64,000 nucleotides of DNA from Candidatus Hadarchaeum yellowstonense (GCA_001515205.2 LQMQ01000005.1:4510-68509), one strand, 5' to 3'. Positions 17,722 to 26,613 are shown, numbered from the stretch's first letter. Made by a program: numbers and translations. The notes: generated from the sequence alone by a model not told the origin.

Positions 17722-20048
17722 GAGAATTCAAAATTGTTGGCAAGAGCGTTAAAAAAGTGGACGCGGCGCTTCTGGCCCGAGGCAAGCCGTTGTTCACCGA
17801 CGACGTAACGTTCGAGGACATGCTCCACGCGAGAATTCTCTGGAGCCCCCACGCCCACGCCCGCATCAGGGACATTGACACCAGCGAGGCCGAGGCGCTG
17901 CCCGGGGTCCACGCCGTGCTCTGCTATAAAAATGTCCCCAGAGTGCCGCACACGAGCGCTGGTCAGGGCTGGCCAGAGCCATCGCCCTATGACATGTTCA
18001 TGTTTGACAACAAGGTGCGCTACGTTGGTGACAGGGTGGCAGCCGTGGCCGCGGAGTCGGAGGAAATCGCGGAGAAGGCCCTCCGGCTGATCAAAGTCGA
18101 TTACGAGGTCCTCCCCGCCGTTTTTGACCCGGAAAAGGCGATGGAGGAGGGAGCGCCGGTGATTCACGATGAGCCCGACTGCCGGCAGGTGCTGCCGCTG
18201 TTCTACGATCCCAAACACAACCACTGCGCCCACATCGAGGTCAAGACAGGGGACCCCGACCGGGGATTGAACGAGGCAGACATCGTGATCGAGCACACCA
18301 TCAAAAACCATTATGCCCAGCACTGCGCCCTCGAGCCCCACTCCTGCATCAGCTATCTGGACCCGATGGGGCGCATCGTCGTTCGCTGCTCAACGCAGGT
18401 GCCCTACTATGCGCGCAGGATAATCGCCCAGTGCCTGCAGCTGCCGGAGAGAATGGTCCGCGTGATCAAACCGAGAATCGGTGGTGGCTTTGGATCCAAG
18501 CAGGAAATCGTCGTCGAGGATGTCTGCGCCATGTTCACCCTGAGAACGAGGCGACCGGTGAGGCTCGTCTTCACCCGGCCCGAGGTCTTCGTCTCCTCAA
18601 GGACGCGGCACCCCATGATAATGAGGGTAAAAACGGGGGTCAAGAGGGACGGAACTGTCTCGGCCATCAAGATGCGCGTGATCAGCAACACCGGAGCATA
18701 TGGCCCTCACTGCATGACCGTCCTAGGCAGCACCTGCGCCAAGACCCTGCCCCTCTACAGATGCCCGAACATCGAGTTCATCGGGGATACCGTCTACACC
18801 AACCTCCTCAACGCCGGGGCCTACCGGGGCTACGGCGTCCTGCAGGGAACCTTCGCCATGGGCATCATGATGGATGAGATGGCTCACGCGATCGGCATGG
18901 ATCCGGTGGATTTCTGGAAGAAAAACACCATCAGGGTGGGAGAAACTTCCCCCATCTTCAGTGCCCTGAGCGAGATCGGCAAAGGTGCTGAACAGAAGGT
19001 CGACAGCTGCGCCCTGCCGGAGTGCATCGATCAGGGCGCGGCGGCCTTCGGCTGGAAGGAAAAACGCGAGCGATACCGAAACCAGCCGGATGGCCCGATC
19101 AGGCGCGGCGTGGGCATGGTCTGCACCGTGCACGGCGGCACCGTCGCCCTGCTGGACGCCAGCTCGGTCACGGCGAAGATGAATGAGGATGGTTCCTTCA
19201 ACCTGCTCATAAGCGCCAGCGATGTGGGCGGCGGCTGCGATACCGTGTTGTCCCAGATCTTTGCCGAAGCCCTGGACATCCCCTTGGAGGACGTGATAGT
19301 CTATCCCACTGACACCGACGTCACCCCCTACGACAAGGGAGCCTATGCCTCGGGAACTACCTATCTCTCCGGACTGGCGGTGATAAAAACGGCGGAGGAG
19401 ATCAAGAAACAAATATTGAAGGTGGCCGCGGAGATGCTGAATGAGCCGCCGGAGAACCTGAGGCTGGAGAAAAAGGGCGTGGTCTCGACCAAAAGCGGCA
19501 AAAGGTTGGAGTTTGGCCAGATCGCCAAACGCGCCATGTACAGCAAGAACCAATTTCAGATAGCCGCGACTGCTTCCGAGTACAGCCACCTGCACCCGCA
19601 GACCTTCACGGCCCAGTTTGCCGAGGTCGAGGTCGACACGGAAACGGGACAGGTCAAGGTCCTGTACTACGTCACCGCCGTCGACTGCGGAACGGCGATC
19701 AATCCCACGCTGGCCGAGGGACAGGTCGAGGGGTCAATCATCAACGGCATCAGCTATGCCCTCACCGAGGAGTTTATCTTTGACGAAAATGGTCGGGTGC
19801 TGAACCCCTCCTTCAGGGACTACAAGATCTTCTCCGCCCCGGACATCCCCAAACTGAAAACCATTCTTGTCCCAAGCTACGATCCCACAGGGCCCTTCGG
19901 GGCCAAGCCGATCGGCGAACCAGCTATGGACGGAGTTCTGCCAACCATCTCCAACGCCATTTACAACGCCATCGGAGTCAGGCTCACCGAATCCCCCTTC
20001 ACGCCGGAGAGGGTTCTCAAGGCAATCAGGGAAAAGAGGGGAAGATGA
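17718..20048 (+). CDS. Xanthine dehydrogenase/aldehyde oxidase-family molybdopterin-binding large subunit
   Basis: 776 aa. Motifs RIGGGFGSKQE and GAYRGYGVLQG are of the XDH/AOX type rather than the CODH VAYRCSFR motif. It overlaps the small subunit by 4 nt. Confidence 0.85.
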   Translation: MREFKIVGKSVKKVDAALLARGKPLFTDDVTFEDMLHARILWSPHAHARIRDIDTSEAEALPGVHAVLCYKNVPRVPHTSAGQGWPEPSPYDMFMFDNKVRYVGDRVAAVAAESEEIAEKALRLIKVDYEVLPAVFDPEKAMEEGAPVIHDEPDCRQVLPLFYDPKHNHCAHIEVKTGDPDRGLNEADIVIEHTIKNHYAQHCALEPHSCISYLDPMGRIVVRCSTQVPYYARRIIAQCLQLPERMVRVIKPRIGGGFGSKQEIVVEDVCAMFTLRTRRPVRLVFTRPEVFVSSRTRHPMIMRVKTGVKRDGTVSAIKMRVISNTGAYGPHCMTVLGSTCAKTLPLYRCPNIEFIGDTVYTNLLNAGAYRGYGVLQGTFAMGIMMDEMAHAIGMDPVDFWKKNTIRVGETSPIFSALSEIGKGAEQKVDSCALPECIDQGAAAFGWKEKRERYRNQPDGPIRRGVGMVCTVHGGTVALLDASSVTAKMNEDGSFNLLISASDVGGGCDTVLSQIFAEALDIPLEDVIVYPTDTDVTPYDKGAYASGTTYLSGLAVIKTAEEIKKQILKVAAEMLNEPPENLRLEKKGVVSTKSGKRLEFGQIAKRAMYSKNQFQIAATASEYSHLHPQTFTAQFAEVEVDTETGQVKVLYYVTAVDCGTAINPTLAEGQVEGSIINGISYALTEEFIFDENGRVLNPSFRDYKIFSAPDIPKLKTILVPSYDPTGPFGAKPIGEPAMDGVLPTISNAIYNAIGVRLTESPFTPERVLKAIREKRGR

Positions 20049-20106
20049 AACAACGGGTTTTCTCCGTCCCCTTCAACAAGTTATAAAAAAAGGAAAAAAC
20101 AACCTT

Positions 20107-20496
20107 TTGGTGAGAAGAGGTGACGGGTTGACGGAAGAGGAGATACTGGAAGAGCTGCGCCAGATTCGAAAGCTCTTAGAGCCGAAACCGACCCCGCCGT
20201 CCCCGCCCAAGAAAGGCTTCCTCGCCGAGTTCATGGATTTCATCACCAAGTACAAGGTACTGGGAATGGCCGTGGCTTTCATCATCGGCCTTTATCTGGG
20301 TGCGCTCGTCCAAGCCCTGGTGAACGATCTGATAATGCCGATAATCCAATTTGCGGTTCCCGGGACAATGTGGGAAGCCATAGAAATAGGTCCCTTCAGG
20401 GTGGGGCACTTCTTCGGCGCCCTGGTAACATTCCTCATCGTTGCTTTGGTGATCTTCATCATAGTGAAAATGGCCAACCGCTGGGGGCTGGAGTGA
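20107..20496 (+). CDS. mscL: Large-conductance mechanosensitive channel MscL-like protein with an N-terminal charged extension
   Basis: FLAEFMDFITKYKVLGMAVAFIIGLYLGALVQALVNDLIMPII matches the MscL TM1 region, and a second TM lies at the C-terminus. A TTG/GTG at 20107/20110 sits ~20 nt downstream of TTATAAAAAAAGG, so the transcript may be leaderless. The ORF-track start at 19867 lies inside the upstream gene. Confidence 0.65.
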   Translation: MVRRGDGLTEEEILEELRQIRKLLEPKPTPPSPPKKGFLAEFMDFITKYKVLGMAVAFIIGLYLGALVQALVNDLIMPIIQFAVPGTMWEAIEIGPFRVGHFFGALVTFLIVALVIFIIVKMANRWGLE

Positions 20497-20513
20497 AAAG
20501 GACCGCCGAGGGG

Positions 20514-21227
20514 CTACTTGGCCATTAACCCTGACTCAGCCCTTTCAGCCTCTCCCAGAAGCACTAGGCCCAGCAGCGCGTCATCCTTTCGTGGCGTTTC
20601 CATGACAAAGTGAAGCGCCAGAAACTTGGCCCGCTGCAGCCAGCTTCGAGACTCGGCGGGTGGCGATCGACCAGCATTCGCCAGCGCAGCATATCCCTGC
20701 TGGAGCAGCTCAGAGCCGGGAACTCCAGAGGGATCCACCGCAACCCTTTCGGGCAGGGCACATCTTCCGCACCTTTCCGAAGCACAGTTAATCACCGGTT
20801 GGCCGCAGACGTCACAGATGGCCGCTCCCCAGATCAGGCGCGACACCGAGTTGGCCACCCTCATGATCTCCGCCCGGTCGATGGCCTGCTGTATCTTCAT
20901 CTTCCCGTTCCTGAAGATGCTGATCTCCCGGCCACCCCATTTGAGCTTGGCCACCCCCAGCTTTTCACTGCACTTGACCTCGGCAAAGCGGCGCCGGTGA
21001 ATCTCCAGAAGAGAACAAAGCGTTGCGGGATCGATGAAGGGAAAATCGGCCTTCTCAGTGAGTTCGATGTCGGCCATCAGCTTGCCCCGCTCCGACGCGC
21101 AGGGCTGCACATAAAGCACCGCTTCCCTCCTCACTTCAACCAGGTCCTTTACATCGATTCCCTTTGAAAGCAGGCAGTCCTCCCTGAACCTTGGAACCGT
21201 TACCTTTCCCTCCGCGTTCATCGCCAT
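20514..21227 (-). CDS. Hypothetical Cys-cluster protein translationally coupled to iscU
   Basis: ~237 aa. Its ATG overlaps the iscU TGA by 1 nt (TGATG). It carries the motif CDVCGQPVINCASERCGRC. The segment REISIFRNGKMKIQQAIDRAEIMRVA resembles a small alpha/beta regulatory module. I recognise no family. Confidence 0.6.
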   Translation of the reverse strand: MAMNAEGKVTVPRFREDCLLSKGIDVKDLVEVRREAVLYVQPCASERGKLMADIELTEKADFPFIDPATLCSLLEIHRRRFAEVKCSEKLGVAKLKWGGREISIFRNGKMKIQQAIDRAEIMRVANSVSRLIWGAAICDVCGQPVINCASERCGRCALPERVAVDPSGVPGSELLQQGYAALANAGRSPPAESRSWLQRAKFLALHFVMETPRKDDALLGLVLLGEAERAESGLMAK

Positions 21228-21652
21228 CAACCCTGAGGCGGGGAAACGCTGCCGGCTCTGGACTTCCGGTACTCAGCAAGGGCCTTCTTCAGGGTCTTGT
21301 AGGAGAGGACGGCGCAGTGCATCTTGATGAGGGGCAACCCCCCCAGAGCATCGGCTATTTCCTTGATCTGGAGCCTCTCGGCCTCGGCGACCGTCTTCCC
21401 CTTGACCAGCTCGACCGTCATGTCCCCGGTGGCTATGTTGGCCGCGCAACCAAAGGAAAGGAACTTCGCGTCCACGATGCGGTCATCCTCTATTTTCAAA
21501 TAAAGCCGGAACATATCTCCGCACTGGGGATCCCCCTCCTCCGCCACCACCGTCGGGTTTTCCATTTCCCCGATGTGCTTCGGATTTCTGAAGCGCTCGA
21601 GCAACTTCTCGCTGTACTTAAGCATTCCCCTCTCTGTGTATTCCACGGTCAT
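21227..21652 (-). CDS. iscU: Fe-S cluster scaffold protein IscU/NifU-like
   Basis: 141 aa. Motifs NPKHIGEM, GDPQCGD, SFGCAANIA and KMHCAVL give the three scaffold Cys. Confidence 0.9.
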   Translation of the reverse strand: MTVEYTERGMLKYSEKLLERFRNPKHIGEMENPTVVAEEGDPQCGDMFRLYLKIEDDRIVDAKFLSFGCAANIATGDMTVELVKGKTVAEAERLQIKEIADALGGLPLIKMHCAVLSYKTLKKALAEYRKSRAGSVSPPQG

Positions 21653-21662
21653 TTTTCCTCCC

Positions 21663-22832
21663 TCAGAGCTGCTCCGGCTTCACCGGGCTTATCCTCCTGA
21701 GCTGCTCCACCACCCGCGGCACCACGCTCAGCGTGTAGTCGATCTCCTCCTCGGTGTTGTACCGGCTCAGGGTGAACCTTATCGTCCCGTGGGCAACAGC
21801 CGCCTTGAGTCCAATGGCGGTGAGGACGTGGCTGGGCTCCAGCTTGGTCGTGGAGCAGGCCGAACCTGTGGCAACAGAAATTCCGTTTAAATCAAGGTGG
21901 AGCATCATCGACTCCCCCTCCAAACCCTTGAAGGAGCAACTGACGTTTGCCGGGCTCCGCTTTTTTCCCCGCGGCCCGTTGATCAGGGTGTGGGGGATCT
22001 CCTCAAAACCAGAGATCAGCCTGTCCCGCAGTCTGGTCATGTGTGCCACATCACGCTCAAAATTTTCCATCATCAGCTCAACCGCCCTGCCAAATCCAAC
22101 TATGCCGGGTATGTTCTCGGTTCCCGGCCTCAGGTTAAACAGGGAGATGTAGCCAAAGTAAACCGGCTCGATGGGTGTGCCTTCAGCAACATAAAGGGCC
22201 CCCACCCCCTTGGGACCATGAATCTTGTGCGCGCTCAGGCTCACCAAGTCGGCCCCGATTTTTTTCACATCAACCTCAACGCGGCCATATCCGGCGGCGG
22301 CGTTGACATGAAAATAGATCTTCCGCTGACGCTCCCGCAGGATCTCGCCGATTTCCTCCACGGGCTCTATCGTCCCGATCTCATCGTTAACGTTGGCGAC
22401 GCTGACCAGTATCGTCTCGTCGCTCAGCCTTTTCTCCAGCTCGGCGGTGTCAACAAAGCCCTCGGCATCCACGGGGAGGTAGTCCACCCTGAAGCCCTCC
22501 TTCTCCAGCCTCTCGCAGACCCTCAACACCGATGGGTTTTCCACCTTGGTGGTGATGAGGTGCCTGCCCCTGTTGCGGTTGGCATAGGCAACCCCCCTGA
22601 TGGCCATGTCGTTGGCTTGGGTCGCCCCCGAGGTAAAGACCACCTCCTCGGGCCTGGCGTTTATCGACCTGGCGATGATCTCCTGCGCCCTCTCCACCGC
22701 ATCCGCTGCCTCCTGTCCCAGGGAATAGGGGAAAACGGGGTGGCCAAACTTCTCGGTGAAATAGGGAAGCATGGCCTCCACAACCTCCGGGGCCACAGGA
22801 GTTGTCGTGCCGTTGTCCAGATAAACCCTCAC
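21663..22832 (-). CDS. iscS: Cysteine desulfurase (NifS/IscS class)
   Basis: 389 aa. It has the PLP-Lys motif SLSAHKIHGPKGVGALY and the catalytic loop SVATGSACS. Confidence 0.9.
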   Translation of the reverse strand: MRVYLDNGTTTPVAPEVVEAMLPYFTEKFGHPVFPYSLGQEAADAVERAQEIIARSINARPEEVVFTSGATQANDMAIRGVAYANRNRGRHLITTKVENPSVLRVCERLEKEGFRVDYLPVDAEGFVDTAELEKRLSDETILVSVANVNDEIGTIEPVEEIGEILRERQRKIYFHVNAAAGYGRVEVDVKKIGADLVSLSAHKIHGPKGVGALYVAEGTPIEPVYFGYISLFNLRPGTENIPGIVGFGRAVELMMENFERDVAHMTRLRDRLISGFEEIPHTLINGPRGKKRSPANVSCSFKGLEGESMMLHLDLNGISVATGSACSTTKLEPSHVLTAIGLKAAVAHGTIRFTLSRYNTEEEIDYTLSVVPRVVEQLRRISPVKPEQL

Positions 22833-22902
22833 TTCAGCACCAGGGAATAATAACTGAGTTATAACTTATACATTTATTCTACCGGATGTTTAAGATTATT
22901 TT

Positions 22903-23490
22903 ATGGACGAACTGACCTTCAGGATCGCTTACGCGGGCTTCGCTGTGGCCCTCTTCACCGTCCTCTTCCTCGTCTTCAGCCACAGGCTTGACCGCAAGAC
23001 CTTTCTCACCCCGGTAACAGTCGGCTTCATCTTCTCTGCCATCACAGCCCAGTTCATCGGCGGCGGCGTGGCCTCACCTCTCTTCGGCGGCATCCTGACC
23101 GGATACCTGATAAAAAACATAACCAAGTGGTCAACACTCTTCCGGGCCGGTGCCCTCAATGCAACCCTGACCTTGGCCGCCTTGTTCGTCCCCCTGCACA
23201 TCACCCTGTACAATACCGGACTCTCAGATCTCCTAGCAATGATCGCCACTGCCGGCTACAACCTGTCCGCCGAACAATTTCTCTACCTTCTCATGGGCAA
23301 CTTCCTCCTCTACTACGTGACCATCTTCGTCGTCATCACCGGCCTCGGCACCATCCTCGGCAGTTACCTCCGCCGGATCCTGCTGCCCACCACAGCCAAA
23401 GCCGCAGTGGAACCGGCAGGGGGAGGAAGCCCGTCGCGACCGCAATCCATTTATCTAACAAGACTCGACGAAATAAACGGTAGCGGGTGA
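22903..23490 (+). CDS. Polytopic membrane protein, unknown function
   Basis: 195 aa with about 5 hydrophobic helices. I recognise no family. Confidence 0.55.
   Translation: MDELTFRIAYAGFAVALFTVLFLVFSHRLDRKTFLTPVTVGFIFSAITAQFIGGGVASPLFGGILTGYLIKNITKWSTLFRAGALNATLTLAALFVPLHITLYNTGLSDLLAMIATAGYNLSAEQFLYLLMGNFLLYYVTIFVVITGLGTILGSYLRRILLPTTAKAAVEPAGGGSPSRPQSIYLTRLDEINGSG
23471..23478 (+). promoter_or_regulatory. TATA box (AAATAAAC) upstream of the candidate structured RNA
   Basis: It has the same core as the tRNA-Cys TATA box and nearly the same spacing: 22 nt of spacer here versus 20 nt there, to the first nucleotide of the terminal helix at 23501. Confidence 0.35.
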
Positions 23491-23500
23491 ACTACCTGCA

Positions 23501-23765
23501 GCGGGGTAGAGCAGGGGAGAAGACTCTGCCCCCAAGGCAGCATGGAGTGCCCGCCGGTCGTGGGAAACCACGGGCGAAGCTCATAAGGCGTCAAGCCGTG
23601 AGTTTGGCGCTCCTGCGAGACCCGGAGACATCCACGAAAAATCGTGGTTGCCGGAAGTCGGTGGTTCAAGAGAAGCCGGCCCGACCGGCTTCTGAAGTTC
23701 CACCCCCCGCTACCAACTCTAAAGCTATCTCGCCTTTGATGCTGCCACCAGCTTGAGCCATTTTT
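23501..23765 (+). ncRNA. Candidate structured non-coding RNA of unassigned family
   Basis: Both-strand ORFs in this stretch look non-coding (Arg/Pro-rich). A terminal helix pairs GCGGGG 23501-06 with CCCCGC 23705-10. It stacks on GGTGG 23660-64 / CCACC 23700-04. There is a 9-bp hairpin 23671-79/23685-93. There is a GAAA-tetraloop hairpin at 23559-72. There is a 6-bp hairpin at 23632-47. There is a 5-bp hairpin at 23526-40. A T5 run sits at 23761-65. Confidence 0.45.
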
Positions 23766-24070
23766 ACTGGTTGAGTTCAACAAGTTTTTCGCCGGCCTTC
23801 TGACGACAGATCAATTTGCCGGCCGGGATAACGTGAGCCATGATCTGCTTTGAGAATTGGAGGAGCGCAAAGGAAAAAATCGATGGATGTGAATTGAGTT
23901 AAGGTTGAGCTGGTTGATGGTTCGTTTAGAGAAGTAGGAATCAATCGTCGACTTTCATCTCCGCGTGCGGGAGTACTGGTCTGAGCCAAAACAATTTGAT
24001 TTTGTGGAACCGGCTGACTCCCAGAACCCGGGCACCAAAAATCTCTTCTTCACCAAGGGAACTGAATTAA

Positions 24071-24673
24071 ATGGATGAGAGCTTGATAAACCTTCTCTGG
24101 ACAATCGCGCTCACCTTTATTTTCGGGCCGCTCGGCTCCGTCCCCTACTGCTTTTCCAATGGGCTATCGGTTCTGGAAACAGCCGTGCTCATCAGCATCA
24201 TTCACGCGGCCTTGGTTCCCGTGTGGTTTGCGATCCTGGAACTCGTCCGCTACCGGTTGATATACGAGAACCGCCTCGTCAAAAGGATCACTAGGGGTGC
24301 CTGGAGCCGGTCCCAAAAAATAAGGTCCAGCATCGAAAAAAATACCAAGGAGTTCGAGCGCCGGGTGGGACAGAAGGGCTTCGGCCTAGGCGTGGTTGCC
24401 TTCACCTTCACCTTCGGCGTTTCTTGGGCCGCCCTCGCCGCCGTCATGCTCAACATCAAGAAGAGCACAATAATTTACTCCATAGCTGTGGGCGCGGTAG
24501 CCTCGAGCATCTTCACCTCTCTCACCCTGGGGACTGTCGGGTACCTGCTCCCCAGCCCTTGGCTCCTCTATCTCGTTGGCGCGGCCATCGTACTGGGGAT
24601 ATTTGGCTACCAGAAATACCGTGAGCATAAAGTCCTGCACGAATTCTCCAAGCCCAAGAAAATACAACAGTGA
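24071..24673 (+). CDS. Membrane protein (possibly small multidrug-export/COG2426-like)
   Basis: 200 aa with 4-5 TM helices. The family assignment is a weak recollection only. Confidence 0.55.
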   Translation: MDESLINLLWTIALTFIFGPLGSVPYCFSNGLSVLETAVLISIIHAALVPVWFAILELVRYRLIYENRLVKRITRGAWSRSQKIRSSIEKNTKEFERRVGQKGFGLGVVAFTFTFGVSWAALAAVMLNIKKSTIIYSIAVGAVASSIFTSLTLGTVGYLLPSPWLLYLVGAAIVLGIFGYQKYREHKVLHEFSKPKKIQQ

Positions 24674-24688
24674 CGGCGGGCCCTTTTT

Positions 24689-25825
24689 TCACTTGATCAT
24701 TCCGATGCTGTAGAGGTACTCGGCGGCGAGCACCGCGCCCTTCGCCGCCCCAAGCTCGGTGTTGTGCGACAGAACAGTGTACTGAAAGCCGTTCTCGAAA
24801 ACATTGGCCGCCACGCCACCGATAACCACGGCCATCCCGCCCTCGACCATGCAGTCAAACCTCGGCTGCGGTCGGTCAACCGCCTCAGTGACCACGATGG
24901 GCTGCTTCGGCGCCGTGGGCAGGGCCAGCCGCTGCGGCTCCCCCCTGTAGCGCTTCCAAGCCTCCTTCAACTCATCAACGCTGCATTTGCTCTTTGTCTC
25001 GATGAAGACCGATTCCGTATGGCCGTCAAGAACCGGGACGCGGTTGCACTTGCAGGCGATCTTGAAGGAGGCCGGAATGATTTTCCCATCCACAAAATCT
25101 CCGAGGAGCTTCACCGTCTCCTTTTTAACCTTCTCCTCTTCGCCGCTGATGTAGGGAATGACGTTGCCCTCAAAGGTCCCGGCCACGAAATAGCCCAGGG
25201 CTTCAGGTAGGCTGCTGCCCTGAGCCCTGCGCTGCTCCGCCCAGCTGCTGACCGCGGCATAACCTGCCCCCGAAACCGCCTGCATGGAGACCATCGTCAC
25301 CCGCTCCAAGCCAAACCTGTCGTGGATGGGCTTCAGGGACAGGGCAAGGCCAATCGTGGTGCAGTTTGGTTGCGGGACAACGAAACCCTTCCAACCCCTG
25401 TTCTTTCTCTGGATCTCGATTATCTTGGCGTGTGATTCATTGACGCCAGGTAGGTAGGTGAAGCTGTCGTCAAAGTAGCGATAAGCTGAAGCCGTGCTGA
25501 CAACGGGCTTTTCCTTGGCGATTTTGCCCTCGATGTCTCGCGCCGTCTCCGAAGGAAGCGCCGAGAAGAAGAGATCGGCCTCATCGCCGCTGGCTTCGCC
25601 AACTTCAGCGACCGTCATGTCAAGCACTTTCTTCTCCGGAACTGATTTAACAAACCACCTCGAGGCCTCGGTCCCGTAACCTAACGCCTCGGCGTAGCTC
25701 TTCCCAGCCGATCGCTCGGAGGCAAACAGGGCAGATATTCTAAACCAGGGGTGATTCTGCAGGTTCACCACAAACTTCTGCCCCACCTCGCCAGTCGCGC
25801 CCAGTATGCCAACATCGATCTTCAT
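24689..25825 (-). CDS. asd: Aspartate-semialdehyde dehydrogenase (archaeal type)
   Basis: MKIDVGILGATGEVGQKF..., the active-site motif QPNCTTIG, and MQAVSGAGY and CNRVPVLDGHTES are collinear with M. jannaschii ASADH. The ATG at 25825 has GGTGGTG 5 nt upstream. The ORF-track TTG at 25849 is less likely. Confidence 0.9.
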   Translation of the reverse strand: MKIDVGILGATGEVGQKFVVNLQNHPWFRISALFASERSAGKSYAEALGYGTEASRWFVKSVPEKKVLDMTVAEVGEASGDEADLFFSALPSETARDIEGKIAKEKPVVSTASAYRYFDDSFTYLPGVNESHAKIIEIQRKNRGWKGFVVPQPNCTTIGLALSLKPIHDRFGLERVTMVSMQAVSGAGYAAVSSWAEQRRAQGSSLPEALGYFVAGTFEGNVIPYISGEEEKVKKETVKLLGDFVDGKIIPASFKIACKCNRVPVLDGHTESVFIETKSKCSVDELKEAWKRYRGEPQRLALPTAPKQPIVVTEAVDRPQPRFDCMVEGGMAVVIGGVAANVFENGFQYTVLSHNTELGAAKGAVLAAEYLYSIGMIK

Positions 25826-25904
25826 TTCTACACCACCAAGTTGACTCAATGCTAAAATTTATGTGAGAAAACCTTTTAACGATTACCTAAACGATAAATA
25901 AACC

Positions 25905-26085
25905 GCCTGCCTTAGATGAGCAGGTGATCCCTTGCCACGCCGAAAATACGGGCACATGGTCGGGCCGCTGCCGCAGCCACCAAAGCCGGAAAAATGCAGG
26001 TTCTGCCGATCGGGACGCCCCTGTCCCTTTCACCGGCAAAACCAGAGGCCCCAGCCGGCTGAAGGAGAAACCCACTAGCATTCAA
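25905..26085. other. GC-rich ORF-free block between the lys operon oligo-T and the asd promoter. It may be a structured RNA; the strand is unresolved.
   Basis: Hairpins include GGGAC-GCCCCT-GTCCC and GCAG-GTT-CTGC. CCGGC/GCCGG/CCGGC repeats could pair in alternative ways. An AAATAAAC TATA-like core flanks it at 25895-25902, and an A5/T5 run at ~26091-26095. Confidence 0.25.
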
Positions 26086-26120
26086 AGCCCAAAAATTAAA
26101 GCTCATGCCTCAGCCGCAAA

Positions 26121-26447
26121 TTATTCCTCAAAGATGATCTTGATCTCCTTTTTCTCGAGAGCTAGGTTCTTGGACATAAGTTGATTCTCTATCCAGCAGG
26201 CGTTCATCAGGGCAACGGGCACAACACAGGTAGGGGTCAAGCGGGCCTCCTGTGCCTTTAAAAATATTTTGCTCCCCTGCGCTCGGTAGAGGTCCTCGTT
26301 CTTGACCTCCGCCAAAATATTCCCATAATCGTTGATCTTGGCGCAGCCGCTGGTTAATTTGACCTTCGTCAGCGGTCCTTCCTTGACCACCGTTATCAGC
26401 GTCTTGAAGCCGCAGATGGGGTTATCAACCAGTACCTTTGTCGACAT
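26121..26447 (-). CDS. Hypothetical Cys-containing protein embedded in the lysine operon
   Basis: 108 aa counted from the ATG at 26447 (MSTKVLVDNPICGF...SGCAKIN...TPTCVVPVALMNACW). I recognise no family. The ORF-track TTG start at 26516 is also possible. Confidence 0.5.
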   Translation of the reverse strand: MSTKVLVDNPICGFKTLITVVKEGPLTKVKLTSGCAKINDYGNILAEVKNEDLYRAQGSKIFLKAQEARLTPTCVVPVALMNACWIENQLMSKNLALEKKEIKIIFEE

Positions 26448-26613
26448 CTTCGTCTCGCCTGTTTTCCACAGCTCCACTGATGATAAAAAGCTTTTCCGAG
26501 CTGGCGAAAATGCCAAAGGATATTAATGAAAAGGAGACATCCCCCGGCGGCTCGGAGAGAAAACAACGCCCCAGAGAGAGCAGTTCTAAATCCGCCCCGA
26601 GAAAAGAATAAAA

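Noticed and set aside
17544-19595. Long antisense ORFs (265 aa and 290 aa) inside the molybdoenzyme large-subunit gene
   Set aside because: These are typical open antisense frames of GC-rich genes, rich in Gly, Arg, Leu and His. The sense frame carries unmistakable XDH-family motifs.
19867-20106. An upstream extension of the mscL-like ORF
   Set aside because: It lies inside the 3' end of the molybdoenzyme large-subunit gene. A TATA-like TTATAAAAAAAGG box and a TTG/GTG at 20107/20110 fit a separate, near-leaderless gene.
21897-22850. A 317-aa plus-strand ORF opposite iscS
   Set aside because: It is an antisense shadow ORF with no recognisable motifs. The iscS frame has the PLP-Lys and the catalytic Cys loop.
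23501-23765. Assigning the structured RNA candidate to RNase P RNA or SRP RNA
   Set aside because: I found neither the universal RNase P CR-I motif (GGAAAGUCC) and ACAGAA-type CR-V motif, nor the SRP helix-8 GGAAGGGAGCA-type motif, on either strand. I have left it unclassified and not given it a name.
25905-26085. Resemblance of the minus-strand sequence UGAAAGGGACAGGGGCGUCCCGAUCGG to the lysine riboswitch (L-box) core UGAAAGG...GCCGAAG, in a lysine-pathway context
   Set aside because: The other L-box hallmarks (AGAGGCGC 5' strand, GAGUA loop-E, CUGG, ACUGUCA, and closing-helix complementarity) are absent. The match is too short to trust without a covariance-model hit.
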